A program made the translations under genes and the position numbers. The notes under the pieces are model-generated. The model saw only the letters and a list, made by a program, of their open reading frames with translations. It made no database searches and was not told where the DNA came from. From Vairimorpha necatrix (Eukaryota), in assembly GCA_036630325.1 (NCBI GenBank), contig CP142736.1:868001-932000 (forward strand): DNA of 64,000 nucleotides. The letters are read 5' to 3'. Below are positions 59,666-64,000 of this stretch, piece by piece (positions within the stretch are counted from its first letter, which is position 1; each line of letters starts with the position of its first letter).

Positions 59666-62600
59666 TGTTATAATCAGTAATAATATTAAACCCTAATTAT
59701 GTTAAGCACTTATATGGAGGCGATACCTAAAGAAGAGTTCACAAGAGAGGACTGTGGCCAAGTGGTCAGAAAGATGTTACAGGAGTTAGAGCGTATATTG
59801 TATGAATTGGATTTGAGAGATGTGGATAGAGAGAAATGGAAGAGTGAGCTGTTCAAGTTGGCTTCGATGGATTTAAAAGATTTTATTGTGAGAAATATCA
59901 AAAAGGAAGAAAATATTGAAGGAATAAGGAAGAAGCTATTGTTAAGGATTAAGGAAGTAGAGGAGGAAGAAAAGATATATGAGGAAATGAGAAAAATTAT
60001 TTCTAGGACTATAAATGAAGAAATTAGTAGAGAACAACCAAGACAAAAATCGAGAGTACCGAGATGCTTCTATTGTGATAGACAAGGGCATAGGGTGTTT
60101 GAATGCAGACTGAAGATTAATAGAGATAATTATTATAAAAAGACTAACAAGGATAACAGTTGCAAAATGGAAGTAGGTAGTGAATCAGAGTCAAGTCAGG
60201 AGCGAGATTTTAGAAGATCAAAAAGAGGACTTAGAGTCAAATTTGAGAAAAATCAAAAAGAATATGCCGTTAAAGAGGAGAGTAAGAGAATCAGATTAAA
60301 TTTAGATAAGTATGCTAAGAGTTTTGGAGAGGTTTTTAAGTTAGGAAAAGAGGAGATAAAATATTGTAAACTGGAAAAATGTAAAATTAATACTGAAGCG
60401 GGTATGAAGGTATTTAAAAAGGGACAAATGGTTCCGCAGGCGTTGATAAAAGATACAGAGCTACATCTAGAAGATTTATTAAAAAGGAAAGTGATAAGAG
60501 AGTCAAATTCAAGTTGGAGGAATCCTATAAGGTCAATCAGAAAGCCAAATGGTGAGATAAGACTGGTTAGTAATTTGATGGCATTGAACGATATTGTAGA
60601 AAAGGACGAGTATAGATTGTCTAACATAAGAGATGTTGTAAGAGCTACACAAGGTGCAAAATATATGACGGTTTTCGACTTAAAAGAGGCCTTCTATAGT
60701 ATTGAGATAGAGGAGGAGGATAAACATAAGACGGCGTTTGATTTTAATGGCAAGGTTTATGAATGGAACTCTATGGTTATGGGATATAAGAATAGCCCGC
60801 AGATATTGCAGAGAATTATGGATAGGATTTTTAGAGATATGAAAGGCAAAGGAGTAGAGGTGTATATGGACGATATTGTGTTGTACAGCCGAACGATAGG
60901 AGAACACGAGCAATTAGTGAAAAGGGTATTAAATAGACTGAAGGAAAACAATATGAAGCTGAATGCAAATAAAGTTCAGTTTTGTCAACGGGAAGTTAAA
61001 TTATTGGGAGTCACTTTAAATGGAGAAGATATAATACCGTCAGAGATAAAGAAAAATGAAGCCCTAGAGTTTCCGATACCAACATGCGTGTCAGATGTAA
61101 GAAGATTTTTAGGAATGACGGGTTGGTTCAGAGATTTTATTAAGAATTACGCTGGATTGACAGTTAGGTTGACAGATAGTTTAAAAGGGAAGAATGATAA
61201 TTGGAAGTGGACGGATGATATGAAAAACGAGTTTAATAATTTAAAAGAAGTATTGAAAGGCCTAGGAAAGCTGCAAATAGCAGACTATGATAAAGAATTT
61301 TTGTTGAGGACTGACGCTAGTAATGTAGGCATGGGCGCAGTACTGTTACAGAAAAATAATCAAGGAGAATGGGTGCCAGTACAGTGGGCGTCTAAGAAGT
61401 TTACCGTTACGGAAGTTAATTATGGTATATCAGAAAAAGAAATGTACGCAGTTTTTTGGGGCGTTAAAAAGTTTGAATATGAATTAAGAGGTAGGAAATT
61501 TAGAATAGAAACTGATCATAAAGCGTTGGGCGAAATAAGAAACAAGCCCGACTTCAAGAATGCTAGAATTAATAGATGGGTCGAGAAGATTCAGGAATTT
61601 GATTTCGTGATAGAATATAGAACTCCAGAAAATATGGTCGTAGCCGATGCGCTAAGTAGGGTATATACAAAAGAAAAAGATGCAAAGAATAAGAGAAATG
61701 AAACACGCCGTGATAGACAAAAAGAAGGGAAAAGAAATAAGCATGTAAAAATTGTAGAAGGTAAAGAATACTGGGTATTTGATAGTGGTAGAGAAGGCGA
61801 GATGCCTTTGGAACAAGACAGAGAGAGATTAATAATGGATTGTCATGTAAATTTGAGCCACAGAAGCAGAACAACGGTATATTATGAGTTGAGGAAACAG
61901 TATTATTGGCCAGGAATTAAGGATCAGATCGAAAAGGTCCTTAAGAATTGCGAGACTTGTCAGATTTTTAATAGAAAAACGAGTGGCGGTACTGATTTAG
62001 TGAACACGACAAGATATTTAGAGAAGGTTGGCTTAGATTTAATAGAATTTAGGGATGAGAAAGCGTTTATTGTTTTGGCAGTTGATTACTTTACAAGGAG
62101 ATTATGGGGCAGAGTATTGAAGAGCAAGCACGCATCTGGAATTGCCGAATTTATCAAGGATTTGTGTAAACAGGGTAGAAAACCAGAGGAAATCATTACG
62201 GATAATGGTAAAGAGTTTTGCAACGAAAAAGTTACCGAGCTATGTAGAAATTTGGATATTAGTCATAGAAAGGTCAGCGTTGAGTCGCACAGAAGTAATG
62301 GAAGAGTAGAAAGAGTTATTAGAACTGTAAGAGATAGTATTTTAAAGAGCCAAAAAGAGAAATTCGAGAACAAGGTTTATGAAGCTATTGAGAAATATAA
62401 TTTAAGTTTTCATGCTGGTATTAAGTGCACGCCAGTAGAAGCTTTAACCGATAATACAGGAAATGTTAGTATGGAGAATAGTCCAGAGGGAAAGTATGCG
62501 CAACAGTTTAAAAGTTGGTTTAGAGAAAAGTTCAAAAGGAACCAGATAGTTAGGGTTGCCAAGAATGAGAATTTAAAGGGATGTAGTAAGTATAGTAAGG

Positions 62601-62808
62601 GTCGATTTTTAGACATGGGAAGAGTGATTGAGCTATGTCCAGGGGATTCATATATAGTGAGATTAGAGAATGGAAGGTTGGTGAAAAAAAGGCATTATGA
62701 TCTTAAGGGTGTAGGGGATTTAAAGTATGTTGAAGGAGACTAACCGTCTGGAGGGGGGATGTTATAATCAGTAATAATATTAAACCCTAATTATGTTAAG
62801 CACTTATA
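59666..62808 (+). mobile_element. Intact Ty3/gypsy LTR retrotransposon with 49-bp LTRs (3143 bp)
   Basis: Identical 49-bp direct repeats 59666-59714 and 62760-62808; 5-bp TSD ACTTA (59661-59665, 62809-62813); PBS TGGAGGCG at 59715; PPT GGAGGGGGGA just before 62760. Confidence 0.95.
59699..62743 (+). CDS. Single-ORF Gag-RT-RNaseH-integrase polyprotein (1014 aa), no evident protease
   Basis: CFYCDRQGHRVFEC knuckle; RT VFDLKEAF, MGYKNSP, YMDD; RNase H LRTDAS, ETDHKAL; integrase HVNLSH...CETC, VGLDL, ITDNGKEF, SNGRVERV. Confidence 0.95.
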   Translation: MLSTYMEAIPKEEFTREDCGQVVRKMLQELERILYELDLRDVDREKWKSELFKLASMDLKDFIVRNIKKEENIEGIRKKLLLRIKEVEEEEKIYEEMRKIISRTINEEISREQPRQKSRVPRCFYCDRQGHRVFECRLKINRDNYYKKTNKDNSCKMEVGSESESSQERDFRRSKRGLRVKFEKNQKEYAVKEESKRIRLNLDKYAKSFGEVFKLGKEEIKYCKLEKCKINTEAGMKVFKKGQMVPQALIKDTELHLEDLLKRKVIRESNSSWRNPIRSIRKPNGEIRLVSNLMALNDIVEKDEYRLSNIRDVVRATQGAKYMTVFDLKEAFYSIEIEEEDKHKTAFDFNGKVYEWNSMVMGYKNSPQILQRIMDRIFRDMKGKGVEVYMDDIVLYSRTIGEHEQLVKRVLNRLKENNMKLNANKVQFCQREVKLLGVTLNGEDIIPSEIKKNEALEFPIPTCVSDVRRFLGMTGWFRDFIKNYAGLTVRLTDSLKGKNDNWKWTDDMKNEFNNLKEVLKGLGKLQIADYDKEFLLRTDASNVGMGAVLLQKNNQGEWVPVQWASKKFTVTEVNYGISEKEMYAVFWGVKKFEYELRGRKFRIETDHKALGEIRNKPDFKNARINRWVEKIQEFDFVIEYRTPENMVVADALSRVYTKEKDAKNKRNETRRDRQKEGKRNKHVKIVEGKEYWVFDSGREGEMPLEQDRERLIMDCHVNLSHRSRTTVYYELRKQYYWPGIKDQIEKVLKNCETCQIFNRKTSGGTDLVNTTRYLEKVGLDLIEFRDEKAFIVLAVDYFTRRLWGRVLKSKHASGIAEFIKDLCKQGRKPEEIITDNGKEFCNEKVTELCRNLDISHRKVSVESHRSNGRVERVIRTVRDSILKSQKEKFENKVYEAIEKYNLSFHAGIKCTPVEALTDNTGNVSMENSPEGKYAQQFKSWFREKFKRNQIVRVAKNENLKGCSKYSKGRFLDMGRVIELCPGDSYIVRLENGRLVKKRHYDLKGVGDLKYVEGD

Positions 62809-63199
62809 ACTTATAAAATAATTTATTCTTATTTTTTTATATCTTGTTTTCAAAAAAAAATATAAAAATATAGCACAAATACGATATCAATTTATTGTTT
62901 ATTACAAAGTTAAATTTTTTTCTGAAATTAGATCTTTTTTGTATAGAATATAATAACATTTTTATGATCTATTTTACTTTTATAAATGGCATGAATTAAA
63001 TCTAAGATTTTTTTTTGTACCTAAAAAAACTTAGTAGAGTAAAATATTACTCCTTGGTCTGCCTTGCTCAAAATCAATAAAACAATTTACCTTTAACGTT
63101 TTAGAGTCTTTTCTAAGTATCTTCAATTTTTGAGCAAGTTTTAAAAATTTACATATACAATTTTAACAACATTACCTGTATAAAACTAATTTTACTGCA

Positions 63200-64000
63200 C
63201 TAATTACACCTCTGTAAATTTTTTTTTGTCATTCTAACTTTCAATCCTCCCTATAATTTTTCTATAAAACCTTCTTAAACATTTAAATAACTTTCTCTAG
63301 ACTATTTTAAATCAGGACTTTGCGTGTTGTACTATTCACAGCATCTCTGAAATCATTTTTTGCTATTATAAAAACTTAAATTATAATTATCAATATTACC
63401 CTAATGCTTTGTCCAATTTTTTTTATTAATTAACAGTTATTATTACACTTTCGTTTCTGCTTTACTTTTATCAAATTCTACTTTCCTTTTCTAAGACACA
63501 CACTATATACTGCGTAATTTGTCTTGCGTTCAAGAAAACACTCCTTTTTCTGTACGTAATTATACATTCTTTCATTTCCTAAGGTGGTTTAAATCTTTTA
63601 AGGACACACCCATTTTAAGTACTTGTTAGCATCCAATGTTTTTTACATAAACATAGAATAAAGCATCAATAAGAATTTATTTTAATCATATAAGTTCAAC
63701 TATAGATACAACCCAATTTCTCTATATATCCCGTTTCATTAGTAAATTCTGTACTACCGCTCAACATTCTATTAATTTCTTGAATGCCATACATTTCTTT
63801 TAGTTCGTCATCTGATCTCTAATTTTCAATTAATATAACTGAAATTTTTGATAATAATTTGTAATGCATGTTTATGCTTTAATATATTTAACAGTGCAGT
63901 ATAAAATTCTGTAGAGTTGTGGGCCATACCAAACCTCATACGCCATCATAATTTTAACCTTTTACTAAAGACAACTGTGTATAAATTTTAATATAACAAT
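63200..64000 (-). pseudogene. Possible decayed integrase relic
   Basis: Minus-strand fragments RSDDELKE (cf. SDNGKEF) and NVER occur in integrase order. Very degraded. Confidence 0.25.

Noticed and set aside
61770-61800. DSG tripeptide (WVFDSGREG) as a relocated protease active site
   Set aside because: It lies in a short RNaseH-integrase linker ~20 aa before the integrase zinc motif; there is no room for a ~100-aa retropepsin fold and no ILGxD motif.
62760-62802. Alternative 43-bp TG...CA LTR with 4-bp TSD CTTA
   Set aside because: Identity between the repeats extends six more bases up to the PBS, a 5-bp TSD fits that end, and the 52-bp element independently shows TG...TA with a 5-bp TSD. 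Not fully excluded.
1-64000. rRNA or tRNA genes; prokaryotic defence or operon systems
   Set aside because: No cloverleaf or rRNA signature recognised by eye. The ISXO2-like transposase is explained as eukaryotic Merlin, and the gene content is eukaryotic.

Overview
A very AT-rich eukaryotic window, most likely from a microsporidian of the Nosema/Vairimorpha type. This is an inference from the CCC motif a few nt upstream of nearly every credible ATG, the intronless compact genes, a serpin and the transposon repertoire. The window has two compartments. (i) A transposon-rich region (about 1-41 kb) carries a co-oriented minus-strand family of ~290-310 aa proteins starting MLQY: four intact copies, one split by a MITE and at least one relic. 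Between them lie a Ginger-type DNA transposon, Merlin (ISXO2-like) elements and MITEs, non-autonomous Helitrons, non-LTR relics and Ty3/gypsy elements. (ii) A compact housekeeping island at 48-51 kb holds DPH5, a TBCA-like gene, FPP synthase and a Sus1/ENY2-like gene; a serpin and a further secreted-type ORF lie on either side. The most striking signal is a set of miniaturised Ty3/gypsy retrotransposons. Two have LTRs of only 49 and 52 bp, each bounded TG...TA with a 5-bp TSD, containing the CCC motif and an ATG, and abutting a TGG primer-binding site. The 49-bp element is a single intact 1014-aa Gag-RT-RNaseH-IN ORF with no recognisable protease. A third element (270-bp LTRs, 269/270 identical) encodes Gag-PR-IN with no RT/RNase H and no tRNA PBS. 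All calls are by eye; no database searches were run.
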